64,000 bases of DNA, from the NCBI GenBank assembly GCA_048342015.1, contig DBGDFS010000030.1, positions 3,709 to 67,708 of the forward strand, read 5' to 3'. Shown here piece after piece: positions 38,467 through 47,330 of this stretch. This stretch comes from Collinsella sp. (GTDB lineage: Bacteria; Actinomycetota; Coriobacteriia; Coriobacteriales; Coriobacteriaceae). Position 1 is the first letter of the stretch; every line of letters begins with the position of its first letter. Below the pieces are notes generated by a model, which was not told where the DNA came from, ran no database searches, and worked only from the letters and a program-made list of their open reading frames with translations. A program made the translations under genes and the position numbers.

Positions 38467-38788
38467 CGTTTTGGCATACAAGGGTTATTTCGCCCCGGTT
38501 GAGTTCGATGCCGAACAGCATGTGCTAACAGGTATGGTCGCCGGCATTAGGGACGCAATCGTATTTGAAGGCTCCACGGCTGAAGAAGTGGAGCAATGCT
38601 TCCACGACGCCGTCGACGATTACCTTGAGTTTTGCGCCGAGAAGGGCAAGGAACCCGAGCGAGCTTTTAAGGGCTCGTTCAACGTAAGAACGGGCTCTGA
38701 GCTCCACAAGCAAGCAGCGCTAGCGGCGGCAAAGAAGGGTGAGTCACTCAATAAGTTTGTGACTGAAGCGATCGCTGCGGCGCTGTGA
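38459..38788 (+). CDS. hicB: HicB family antitoxin with RHH
   Basis: YKGY, FHDAVDDYLEFC, FKGSFNVR...LH...SLNKFV. Confidence 0.9.
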   Translation: MSNVLAYKGYFAPVEFDAEQHVLTGMVAGIRDAIVFEGSTAEEVEQCFHDAVDDYLEFCAEKGKEPERAFKGSFNVRTGSELHKQAALAAAKKGESLNKFVTEAIAAAL

Positions 38789-38800
38789 AGCCAACGTCGA

Positions 38801-38841
38801 GTCGAAGCCGCCACAAAGGGTGCCTTTGCGGCGGCTTCGAC
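38801..38841. repeat. Hairpin right of hicAB, related to the left hairpin
   Basis: GTCGAAGCCGCCACAAAGG-GTG-CCTTTGCGGCGGCTTCGAC; shares CCGCCACAAAGGG with 38072. Confidence 0.7.
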
Positions 38842-38893
38842 GTTTGCCCAGATAAAACCTGCCAAAATAAACCTGTCCCTTTTTGGTAGGTTT
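38841..38893 (+). repeat. Repeat family C (CCTRCCAAAA..CTGTCSC..TTTTGGTAGG)
   Basis: Matches 48400-48449 (reverse) and 57838-57875. Confidence 0.8.
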
Positions 38894-38909
38894 GGGAGAG
38901 GGAGCTGGG

Positions 38910-39506
38910 ATGGATAAGGCTGAGTTGCGACGGGCGGTGATTGCTCGGCGCGACGCTCTTGATTTGGACTTGCGCGCGGCGAAGTCTGCCGCTATCTGTG
39001 CGCGGCTGATTGAGCTGCTGGGCCGCTTGGATGCCGCGGCGCCGCACACCGTTGCCATCTATGCCGCGATGGGTTCCGAGGTCGACCCAGCCGCGTTTGC
39101 CGCTGCGGCCGTCAAACGCGGCTGGCGCGTGGCCTATCCGTGCATGCTCTCGGCAATTGATGCCGCAGCTTGTGGCCAGCGCATGTGCATGCGGGCAGTT
39201 GCTGTCGACGATGCGTCCTCGGCTCCGTTTATCGCCCACCCCACGCGGGCCTTCACGGCCATGGACATCGACAGCGACCACTTCCCTATCGTGTCTGCCG
39301 AAGCACTCGACATGATTGTTGTGCCGCTCGTGGCCTTCGACCAAACCGGCGCGCGCCTGGGCTACGGCGGCGGCTGCTATGACCGCTACCTGCCCATGCT
39401 CTCGCCCGCATGTCAAATCATCGGCATCGCCTTTGACGAGCAGCACGTCAACCACATCCCCATCGATGTCCACGACCTGCCGCTACCCCACATCATCAGC
39501 GCCTAA
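38910..39506 (+). CDS. 5-formyltetrahydrofolate cyclo-ligase
   Basis: KAELRR, EVDP, DMIVVPLVAFD..GARLGYGGGCYDRYL, HDLP. Confidence 0.92.
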   Translation: MDKAELRRAVIARRDALDLDLRAAKSAAICARLIELLGRLDAAAPHTVAIYAAMGSEVDPAAFAAAAVKRGWRVAYPCMLSAIDAAACGQRMCMRAVAVDDASSAPFIAHPTRAFTAMDIDSDHFPIVSAEALDMIVVPLVAFDQTGARLGYGGGCYDRYLPMLSPACQIIGIAFDEQHVNHIPIDVHDLPLPHIISA

Positions 39507-39530
39507 CCGCCGTTGCATCGCACCTGCACG

Positions 39531-39649
39531 ATGAGCGTGGAAAATCTCCCGCTTTGAACCCCCTTGCGAGCCAAAAACGGGAGATTATCCACGCTCATTC
39601 AGCAAGCGTCCGATTATCCACGCTCGTGTGTTCGGATTTCCACGCTCGT
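39531..39649 (+). repeat. Repeat family A, left flank of nuclease-like gene
   Basis: 25 bp IR (23/25) ATGAGCGTGGAAAATCTCCCG..CGGGAGATTATCCACGCTCAT plus two tandem GTYCG..TCCACGCTCGT units. Confidence 0.9.
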
Positions 39650-39673
39650 GCGGCTCAACGCCCTGCAACCCCC

Positions 39674-40636
39674 TCAGCACGCACGCGGCACGCCGGCAAC
39701 TTTGAGCTTGCGATCAAGCTTTCCCGGATCCCTCAGATCATCCCAGCACAAGCGCACGATCTTGCAGTTATCAAGCAGCGAAAGCCTCGACTCGCGCTGG
39801 CGCTCATCAAACTGCGCCTTTGCGAGCTTGCCTTCCTCCGCCGCCTTCTCGCTTTTAACGAATCCGTCAAATTCCCCGATGATCAGCCGATCTCCCACGC
39901 GCCACAAGTAGTCGACGCGATACGGCCGTCCCGGCTCAACCGGGTCGAACAGCTCAATTTGCAGCTCCGGCGTCTGCCAGCCGCGCTCGATCATCAGGGC
40001 GCGCGCCTTGGACTCGCCACCGCTTTCCGACAGGCCGTCGGCACACCGTGCAACACTTCGCGCCGTCACAACACCGCGTCGATTCAGGCCAAGCTTGTCG
40101 ACCGTCTCAACGAGATGTTCCTTCGACAACAGCTGCTCATGGAGCGCCGAGTCCGCAATGATCAAGCCCTCGACAAACGATGCATCGACCAGGCAATCCG
40201 TAATCGTTTGATCGATATCGGTCACGGCAATGTCCATCTGGGTGGCCCGTGTTTGACGAACATAACGATGGCGAACGACCTGAGAGCCCGGCGTCGTTGA
40301 TTGTGCCGGTGCCACGGCGATATGGATGTGCGTCAAATTGGCATGCGAAACCGAAAGACCATAGATAACAGCCGCCGTATAGGAGCAAAATGTCCAGTCG
40401 GGGTGCTTTTGCGCAAGGGCCCGCACTCGATGCAGATAACGCTGCCGAAACTTGAGCTCGGACCAGTATTCCGGACGCGCATACAGCCCCGGCATGACCG
40501 CCTCTAGACTTCCCGCCGCCACTCGCCGCTCAATCTGCTTTGCCTCCGCCGCCGTTCGCGCGTACACGCAGCTCATCTGCTGTTCGCATGCCTTAATGTG
40601 ACCTGCAAGTCTTTGATTCGCCGTCATGTTTCCCAT
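39674..40636 (-). CDS. AbiEi-like N-terminal domain plus DUF559/Vsr-like PD-(D/E)XK domain protein
   Basis: VAAGSLEAVMPGLYA, FCSYTAAVIYGL, VTDIDQTITDC, ADGLSESGGES, RVDYLW, IGEFDGFVK, ERQRE, RLCWDDL; GGGAGG RBS. Confidence 0.75.
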   Translation of the reverse strand: MGNMTANQRLAGHIKACEQQMSCVYARTAAEAKQIERRVAAGSLEAVMPGLYARPEYWSELKFRQRYLHRVRALAQKHPDWTFCSYTAAVIYGLSVSHANLTHIHIAVAPAQSTTPGSQVVRHRYVRQTRATQMDIAVTDIDQTITDCLVDASFVEGLIIADSALHEQLLSKEHLVETVDKLGLNRRGVVTARSVARCADGLSESGGESKARALMIERGWQTPELQIELFDPVEPGRPYRVDYLWRVGDRLIIGEFDGFVKSEKAAEEGKLAKAQFDERQRESRLSLLDNCKIVRLCWDDLRDPGKLDRKLKVAGVPRAC

Positions 40637-40931
40637 GTCGCCTCCCAGATCTTGGAACGGCGCAAACGTACCAGACGGTTTCATGCGAAGTCTGACCAAA
40701 TGCTATCCAGGCACCGACCAAATGCTTGACGGTTTTGGACGTTTTGGGTTGATGGCTTATATCTGCAGGTAGGGCGGTTGTCGAGAGGTCCCTGTCTCCA
40801 CATTTAGATGCCTTGGTCCATCGGATTATCAGAAAGAAAAACCCGTCGAGATTCAAGACTACGCCAAATGCGACTTCGCCTCTGCATGCAGCGTCTCTTA
40901 GCCGAGCCATCGGCATCTACATGCCTAAAAA

Positions 40932-41049
40932 ATGAGCGTGGAAAATCTCCCGTTTCGAGCCCGTTCCTCGGCCAAAAATGGGAGATTATCGACGCTCGTT
41001 TTCAAACGTCCGAAAATCCACGCTCGTGTGTCCGATAATCCACGCTCGT
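40932..41049 (+). repeat. Repeat family A, right flank of nuclease-like gene
   Basis: Same architecture and orientation as 39531-39649, about 1400 bp away. Confidence 0.9.
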
Positions 41050-41090
41050 CACGCCACCGGCACAGCTACGGCCACAGTCACAGTCGCAGT

Positions 41091-42017
41091 CTAGTGCTCC
41101 TCGCCGGCGCGGGCCAGGTCGTAGGGCGTGGTCTGGTAGACGTAGTAGTTGAGCCAGTTGGTGTAGAACAGCTGAGCCTGGCTGCGCCAGACGTTGCGCG
41201 GCTCGGCGGTGGGGTCGTCGCCCGGGAAGTAATGCGCCGGCACCTGAGGATTGAGGCCGCGCTTCACGTCGCGCTCGTACTCCAGGCGCAGCGTGTCGGT
41301 ATCGTACTCGGGGTGGCCAAATACAAAGAAGCGGCGGCTGTCGGTCGACTTGACGATGTACAGGCCAACCTCGTCAGACACGGCCACGACCTCAAGCTGC
41401 GGCTCGGCCTCCACGTCCTCGCGGCGCACATCGGTGTTGCGCGAATGCACGGCATAGAAGCGGTCGTCGAAGCCGCGGACCAGCGGGCTTTGCGGCTTCA
41501 CCAGATAATGCTCGAACACGCCACTTGCCTTGGCCGGCAGGTCGTACTTCTGGATACCGTAATGATGGTACAGGCCAGCCTGCGCGCCCCAGCAAATGTG
41601 CAGCGTAGAGTGCACGTGCGTGGTGGACCAGTCCATGATCTGGCAGAGCTCGGGCCAGTAGTCGACCTCTTCGAACGGCATCTGCTCCACCGGCGCGCCC
41701 GTGATAATCAGGCCGTCGTAGTGGATGTCGCGGATGTCGTCGAACGTGCGGTAGAACGTCTCCAGGTGGCCGGCGCTCACGTGCGTGGCCTCGTGCGTTT
41801 TGGTGCGCAGCAGGTCCACCTCCACCTGTAGCGGCGTGTTGGAGAGCTTGCGCATGATCTGCGTCTCGGTGGCAATCTTGGTGGGCATGAGGTTGAGGAT
41901 GAGTACGCGCAGCGGACGGATGTCCTGGTGCAGCGCGCGGTACTCGGTCATGACAAAGATGTTCTCGCTCTCGAGCTGCGCGGCGGCAGGGAGGGCGTCT
42001 GGAATGCGAATGGGCAT
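41091..42017 (-). CDS. metA: Homoserine O-acyltransferase (MetA family, probably acetyl-specific)
   Basis: MPIRIP, LNLMP, ITGAPVE (Glu at specificity position), [12 protein letters not shown]. Confidence 0.93.
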   Translation of the reverse strand: MPIRIPDALPAAAQLESENIFVMTEYRALHQDIRPLRVLILNLMPTKIATETQIMRKLSNTPLQVEVDLLRTKTHEATHVSAGHLETFYRTFDDIRDIHYDGLIITGAPVEQMPFEEVDYWPELCQIMDWSTTHVHSTLHICWGAQAGLYHHYGIQKYDLPAKASGVFEHYLVKPQSPLVRGFDDRFYAVHSRNTDVRREDVEAEPQLEVVAVSDEVGLYIVKSTDSRRFFVFGHPEYDTDTLRLEYERDVKRGLNPQVPAHYFPGDDPTAEPRNVWRSQAQLFYTNWLNYYVYQTTPYDLARAGEEH

Positions 42018-42228
42018 GGATGCTCCTTACGAGTCAGTTGCAGCTATGGTACAACGAGCGGCCCCATTCGCGCGAGCACATCGCCCAGCGATGCCGCCAA
42101 CGGCCCAAAACGCCCCAAAAGTAGAAATTAAGGCATGTCTCTAAAATCTGCTGCACTTTAGCCTAGCAAAGTAACGGCAGGACGCTACAATGTTTCAACG
42201 CGAAAAACTCGGCCGAAAGGATACTCAT

Positions 42229-43206
42229 ATGTACCAGACGCGTAAGATCGGTGTGGTCGGCCAGGGCCACGTAGGAGCACATGTCGCCAACAGCCTGCTT
42301 ATGCAGGGCATTGCCGATGAGCTGTACCTGTGCGATATCAACGAGGCCAAGGTGACGTCCGAGGTCCAGGACCTGCGCGACTCCCTTTCGTTTGTCCCGT
42401 ATAACACCAAGATCGTCAACTGCTACGACCACTACGAGGAGCTGGCCTGCTGCGACGTCATCGTCAACGCCGCCGGTAAGGTCGCACTGGCCGCCGGTAA
42501 CCGCGACGGTGAGCTGTTCTTTACCACCGACGCCGCCCGCACCTTTGCCAAGCGCATCGTCGACGCCGGCTTCGACGGCATCTTCGTGAGCATCTCCAAC
42601 CCCTGCGACGTCGTGTGCACCGAGCTGTGGCACCTGACCGGCTACGATCCCAAGAAGATCATCGGCTCGGGCTGCGGTCTGGATTCCGCACGCCTGCGCA
42701 CCGAGATCTCCAAGAAGGTCGGCGTGAGCCCCAAGTCCATCGACGCCTACATGATCGGCGAGCACGGCTTTAGCCAGCTGGCCGCCTTTAAGGCCGCGAC
42801 CATCGCCGGCAAGAGCCTGACTGAGCTTCAGGCCGAGAACCCCGACAAGTACGCCTTCGACCACATGGAGGTCGAGGAGCTCGCGCGCAAGGGCGGCTAT
42901 GTGACCTACCAGGGCAAGCAGTGCACCGAGTACGCCGTCGCCAACTCCGCCGCGCGCGTCTGCGCCGCCGTGCTGCACAACGAGCACGCCGTGCTTTCCG
43001 CCTCCACGCTCATGACCGGCCAGTATGGCGAGGAGGGCATCTTCACCTCCCTGCCGTGCGTGATCGGTGCCGAGGGCGTCGAGGAGGTCTACACACTCGA
43101 CCTGTCCGAGCACGAGCTCGAGGGCTTCCACAAGAGTTGTCAGCACATCCGCGACAACATCGCCCAGCTCGACTGGTGGGATGCCGAAGCCTACGACGCC
43201 AAGTAA
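42229..43206 (+). CDS. L-lactate / L-2-hydroxyacid dehydrogenase family
   Basis: GQGHVG Rossmann motif, ISNPCD, LDSARLR, GEHG. Confidence 0.88.
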   Translation: MYQTRKIGVVGQGHVGAHVANSLLMQGIADELYLCDINEAKVTSEVQDLRDSLSFVPYNTKIVNCYDHYEELACCDVIVNAAGKVALAAGNRDGELFFTTDAARTFAKRIVDAGFDGIFVSISNPCDVVCTELWHLTGYDPKKIIGSGCGLDSARLRTEISKKVGVSPKSIDAYMIGEHGFSQLAAFKAATIAGKSLTELQAENPDKYAFDHMEVEELARKGGYVTYQGKQCTEYAVANSAARVCAAVLHNEHAVLSASTLMTGQYGEEGIFTSLPCVIGAEGVEEVYTLDLSEHELEGFHKSCQHIRDNIAQLDWWDAEAYDAK

Positions 43207-43247
43207 GCGTCGGTTGCCGCGACACCTCGCTCATACGGATACCATGC

Positions 43248-43289
43248 AAAGCGGGCCGCGCCGGAAATCCCCGGCGCGGCCCGCTTTTT
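43248..43289. terminator. Terminator between convergent dehydrogenase and deglycase genes
   Basis: AAAGCGGGCCGCGCCGG/CCGGCGCGGCCCGCTTTTT. Confidence 0.8.
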
Positions 43290-43337
43290 ACGCACGCTAT
43301 TCGCTTGCGAATCGAAGGTGAATACTTTTCCCGGTAC

Positions 43338-44306
43338 CTAGTACTGCTCGATGCCCATGTAGCGACGGACCTCGGGACTGTGGTCAAACACCTTGCCGCG
43401 TGCGGCGCGCAGCTCGCAGCTCATGTTGTAGAAGAAGATCGGCTCCAGGTACGAACGCACGCTGGCGGGCACCTCGCCTACGCCATACTCGAGCGCGTCG
43501 AGCACCATGACTGTATCGGTGTGCGTGTTGAGGAACGCCAGCGCGCGCTCCTCCATGGGGCGGCACTCGCCCGATCCGAGCTGCACAAAGTAGAACACGC
43601 CGGGCTCGGTAGCCTCGAAAGGACCGTGGAAATACTCGCCGGAGTGGATGTAGCAGCAGTGCTGCCATTGCATCTCCATGAGCGAGCAGATGGCCATGGC
43701 GTAGGTCTGGCTAAAGTTGGGACCGGATCCCAAGATGTAGAAGAACTTGTGCTGCTGGCAGAGCTCGGCAAAACGGGCGCCCAGCTCGGCGTTGACCTTC
43801 TCGCGCGCGGCGGGCAGCAGCGCGTCCATCTGCTTAAGGCCAGCGTACATGTCGGCAAGCGCTTCGTAGCCCTCCTGCTGATCGAGCAGCTCAGCGGCCA
43901 GCAGCACGCCAATGCCCTGCGGCACCTCGGCCTGCGACACGCCCTCGCCCCACGGATAGACCCAGGTGGTCCACTTGCCGTTGTCGATCTTGGAGTCCTT
44001 GCAGTCGGTCAACGCGACGACCTCGGCACCGGCAGCCAGCGCCATCTCGCAGCCGTCGACGACCTCCTGCGTGTTGCCGCTATGGCTGCAGGCGACGACG
44101 AGCGACTTCTCGCCGAGGCTCTTGGGGGCCATCAGGCAAAACTCGCGCGCGGTGTAGACCGTCGAGGTAAACGTGGTAGCCTCGCGCCTGAGCAGCTCGT
44201 TGGCCGGCATCAGGTCGATCATCGAACCGCCACAAGCGATCCAAAAGACGTTCTTGACCTTGCCCTTGCGCTCGATGATTTCCTGAACCAGATCATGTGC
44301 GTTCAT
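43338..44306 (-). CDS. FrlB-like SIS-domain fructosamine-6-phosphate deglycase (copy 1)
   Basis: ACGGS, SHSGNT, CSLMEMQW, GEYFHGPFE, RRYM. Confidence 0.85.
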   Translation of the reverse strand: MNAHDLVQEIIERKGKVKNVFWIACGGSMIDLMPANELLRREATTFTSTVYTAREFCLMAPKSLGEKSLVVACSHSGNTQEVVDGCEMALAAGAEVVALTDCKDSKIDNGKWTTWVYPWGEGVSQAEVPQGIGVLLAAELLDQQEGYEALADMYAGLKQMDALLPAAREKVNAELGARFAELCQQHKFFYILGSGPNFSQTYAMAICSLMEMQWQHCCYIHSGEYFHGPFEATEPGVFYFVQLGSGECRPMEERALAFLNTHTDTVMVLDALEYGVGEVPASVRSYLEPIFFYNMSCELRAARGKVFDHSPEVRRYMGIEQY

Positions 44307-44450
44307 GCTGATGCTCCTCCTTGTGGGGCGGCTTTGAACGACGACAGCTCGTACCTGCTGTCGTTCTATGTTGTCCTATTTATAGCACGTGCAACAACGC
44401 CCGTGAAGTCATCTCGGCAAATTTGTTCTATGTTGTTCTATCTGTGGACG

Positions 44451-45206
44451 TTAGATGTCGAAGACGTAGCGCGAGCCCACGATCTTTTGGCGGCCGAGCA
44501 GTAGAGGGCGCCCGCCGGCGTCGGTAAAGTAGGCCTCCATATAGAAGAGCGGCTCGCCGACCGGCACCTCCAGCAGCGGGGCCGTCTGAGCATCGGCAAG
44601 CGCAATCTCCACGGTGCAGGGGTCGGACTTGAGCGGCGCGCGACCCGAATGCTCGGCAACGAGCGCAAAGATTGAGTTATCGGTGAGGTCCTCGTCGGCC
44701 AGCGTCTGCAGGTAGGGATGGTCGGCGAGCACAAAGGCGTTGTTCTCGAGCATGACGGGAATGCCGTCGGCCGTGCGCACGCGCTCGACCACGATAAGCT
44801 CGCAGCCGGGCTCCACGCCAAAGAACGCCGCATCCTCGTGCGTCGCCGCGACCACCGTGCGCGACACCAGACGCGCACCCGGCACCATGTCGTTGGCAGC
44901 ACAACCCTCAGTAAAGCTCTGGACGTCACCCTTCTGGCGAATCTTGCGCTTGAGCTTGGGAGCGCACACAAACGTGCCCCTCCCCTGCTGGCGGTTGAGA
45001 TACCCCGCGCGCGACAGCTCCTCGATGGCACGGCGCACGGTGATGCGCCCCACGCCGTAGGACTTCGCGAGCTCCATCTCGGCAGGGATGCGCGAGCCGG
45101 CGGGGTACACGCCGCGCGCGATCTCGCCCTTTAGGTCGTCCATGACCTGCTGGTACAGCGGCACGGCGGGCACGTCAGTGCGGTCGGTTTTATCGTCGAA
45201 TGCCAT
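44451..45206 (-). CDS. GntR (HutC/UTRA) family regulator
   Basis: PLYQQV, IPAEMEL, TVRRAI, QGRGTFV, C-terminal UTRA-like domain. Confidence 0.9.
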   Translation of the reverse strand: MAFDDKTDRTDVPAVPLYQQVMDDLKGEIARGVYPAGSRIPAEMELAKSYGVGRITVRRAIEELSRAGYLNRQQGRGTFVCAPKLKRKIRQKGDVQSFTEGCAANDMVPGARLVSRTVVAATHEDAAFFGVEPGCELIVVERVRTADGIPVMLENNAFVLADHPYLQTLADEDLTDNSIFALVAEHSGRAPLKSDPCTVEIALADAQTAPLLEVPVGEPLFYMEAYFTDAGGRPLLLGRQKIVGSRYVFDI

Positions 45207-45208
45207 CG

Positions 45209-47185
45209 TTACGCTCCATCCCGCGCATGCTCGGACTCAAATTCTTCAATCGCCGCCATAAACTGCTCGCCAAAGGCGTCGGCTTTTTTCTCGCCAATGC
45301 CGTTGACCTGGATCAGCTCCTCGCGCGTCTGCGGACGCAGGCGGCACAGGCCGCGCAGGGCCTTGTCGGAAAAGACCATATACGGCGCCATCTCCAGCTC
45401 GGTCGAGATCTCCTTGCGGAGGGCACGCAGGCGCTCGAACAGCTCGGCATCGTCGCCAACGCGCGGGCGCTGATCCAGCTCGGCCTCCTCGCGCAGCAGA
45501 TCGACGGCGCGGCGGGCGCGGGCCGAGGCCTTGCGCTTGGACGCGCGACGCTTAACGGTAAAGACGAACGCCTCGTCCTCGACCTCGCCGGCACGCGGAC
45601 CCAGTCCCACGACCGGGTACTGCCCCTGCGAGGTGGCCAAATAACCGCGACCGCACAGCTGGCCGATGATGTCCTTGATGCGCCCGACCGATTCGCTCGA
45701 CAGCTCACCGTAGCCGCGGTCCTCGTCCAGATGCATCTGGCGAATGCGCTCGGTGTTGCCGCCGTGGAGCACGTCGGCGATCAGCGACTTGCCAAAGCGC
45801 ATGGGTCGCGTGGCCACATAGCGCACGGCGGCGCGGGCCATGCCGGTGACGTCCTCGACCTCGAACTGCGTGAGACAGTTGCTGCAGTTGCCGCAGCCCT
45901 CGGCGTCGTCTGCCGTGCCGCCCGCGGCGGCTGCCGCATGCTCGGCCGCGGTCTCGTCGCCAAAGTAGCGCAGCATGTATTCGCGCAGACAGCCGGTGGT
46001 ATTGCAGTAGCCCTCCATCTGGCTGAGCAGGCGATAACGGTTCTGGAGCGCCCACGCGCGCTGCTCGTCGTCGAGCGCCTCGTCGGCAGCGTCGCCGCGG
46101 TCGATCAAAAAACGGCGCATGCGAAAATCGTTGCCGTTCCACAGCAAGTAGCAGCTAGCCGGGTCGCCGTCGCGGCCGGCGCGCCCCGCCTCCTGATAGT
46201 AGGCCTCGATGCTCTCGGGCACGTTGTTGTGGATCACGTAGCGCACGTTGGGCTTGTCGATGCCCATGCCAAAGGCGTTGGTGGCAACCATCACCTGGAT
46301 ATCGTCGTCGATAAAGGCGCGCTGGCTTTGGCGGCGGGCGTCGTTGCCCATGCCGGCATGGTAACGGCCCACGCGAATGCCGCTGGGCCCCAGCGCCTCG
46401 GCAAGCTCGCCCGCCAGCGCATCGACCGTCTTGCGAGTCGAGCAATACACGATGCCGCTCTCGCTCGAATGCGTAATCACGTAGTCGCGCACCCAGGCAG
46501 TCTTGGCCTTGTCGCCCATCTCCTCGCAACCAAAGTAGAGGTTCTTGCGATCGAAGCCCGTCACCACCGTCGCGGGGTTTTGCAGGCCGAGCATCTGCTG
46601 AATGTCCGCACGCACGCGCTCGGTCGCCGTGGCGGTAAAGGCCGCCACGATGGGGCGCTGCGGCAGGGAATCAATGAACTCGCGAATCTGCAGGTACGCG
46701 GGGCGGAAATCCTGGCCCCACTGGCTCACGCAGTGGGCCTCGTCAATAGCCACGAGCGGAACGCCGATGCCGCCTTCGGCCGCAGCTTCCTGCGCAAAGG
46801 CCAGAAAGCGCGGCTCGAGCAGGCGCTCGGGTGCCACATACATTAGCTGGTAGCGCCCCTCACGAGCACGCTTGAGCACGGTATTCTGCTGAGCCGGCGT
46901 AAGGCTGGAGTTGAGATAGCTGGGGCGCGCACCCGCCGCGAGCAGCGCGCGGGTCTGGTCCTCCATAAGCGACAGCAACGGGCTCACCACAAAGGTGATG
47001 CCGGGCAGCATGAGCGCGGGCACCTGGTAGCAAATGGACTTGCCGGCGCCCGTGGGCATAACGCCCAGCGCATCACGACCGGCAAGGATCGCATCGACCA
47101 TGCGGTCCTGTCCCGGGCGAAACGAGGTGTAGCCAAAATAGGCGCCGAGCGTGTCGAGCGCCATCTGCTGCATGCTATCGGTCAT
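45209..47185 (-). CDS. recQ: ATP-dependent DNA helicase RecQ
   Basis: MPTGAGKS, DEAH, QEAGRAGRDG, Zn-binding cysteines, C-terminal HRDC. Confidence 0.95.
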   Translation of the reverse strand: MTDSMQQMALDTLGAYFGYTSFRPGQDRMVDAILAGRDALGVMPTGAGKSICYQVPALMLPGITFVVSPLLSLMEDQTRALLAAGARPSYLNSSLTPAQQNTVLKRAREGRYQLMYVAPERLLEPRFLAFAQEAAAEGGIGVPLVAIDEAHCVSQWGQDFRPAYLQIREFIDSLPQRPIVAAFTATATERVRADIQQMLGLQNPATVVTGFDRKNLYFGCEEMGDKAKTAWVRDYVITHSSESGIVYCSTRKTVDALAGELAEALGPSGIRVGRYHAGMGNDARRQSQRAFIDDDIQVMVATNAFGMGIDKPNVRYVIHNNVPESIEAYYQEAGRAGRDGDPASCYLLWNGNDFRMRRFLIDRGDAADEALDDEQRAWALQNRYRLLSQMEGYCNTTGCLREYMLRYFGDETAAEHAAAAAGGTADDAEGCGNCSNCLTQFEVEDVTGMARAAVRYVATRPMRFGKSLIADVLHGGNTERIRQMHLDEDRGYGELSSESVGRIKDIIGQLCGRGYLATSQGQYPVVGLGPRAGEVEDEAFVFTVKRRASKRKASARARRAVDLLREEAELDQRPRVGDDAELFERLRALRKEISTELEMAPYMVFSDKALRGLCRLRPQTREELIQVNGIGEKKADAFGEQFMAAIEEFESEHARDGA

Positions 47186-47282
47186 GGTTTCCTAACGTCC
47201 AAGTCATCTGCCGCCGATTATACGCCGCCACGCGGACCGATGCCGCGCCGCTGTCGGCCACGGGCGATGCAGTCCAAAGGGA

Positions 47283-47323
47283 ACGAGCGTGGATTTTTGG
47301 ACACTTTCCGGATGAGCGTGGAA
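47283..47323 (-). repeat. Repeat family A, truncated copy
   Basis: ACGAGCGTGGATTTTTGGAC and TGAGCGTGGAAA 29 bp apart, the same spacing as in other clusters. Confidence 0.7.
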
Positions 47324-47330
47324 ACGTCGC

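Noticed and set aside
38789..38909. 6S RNA upstream of 5-formyl-THF cyclo-ligase
   Set aside because: Gap is only ~120 bp and is fully explained by two repeat hairpins
39531..39649. Tandem CCACGCTC units as a mini CRISPR or guide-RNA array
   Set aside because: Units are in mixed orientation with very short, irregular spacers, and no cas genes are present
41057..41090. CACAGY-type short tandem repeats after metA
   Set aside because: Too short and degenerate to support a function
42018..42228. SAM riboswitch or Met T-box upstream of metA
   Set aside because: Short divergent promoter region without recognisable consensus
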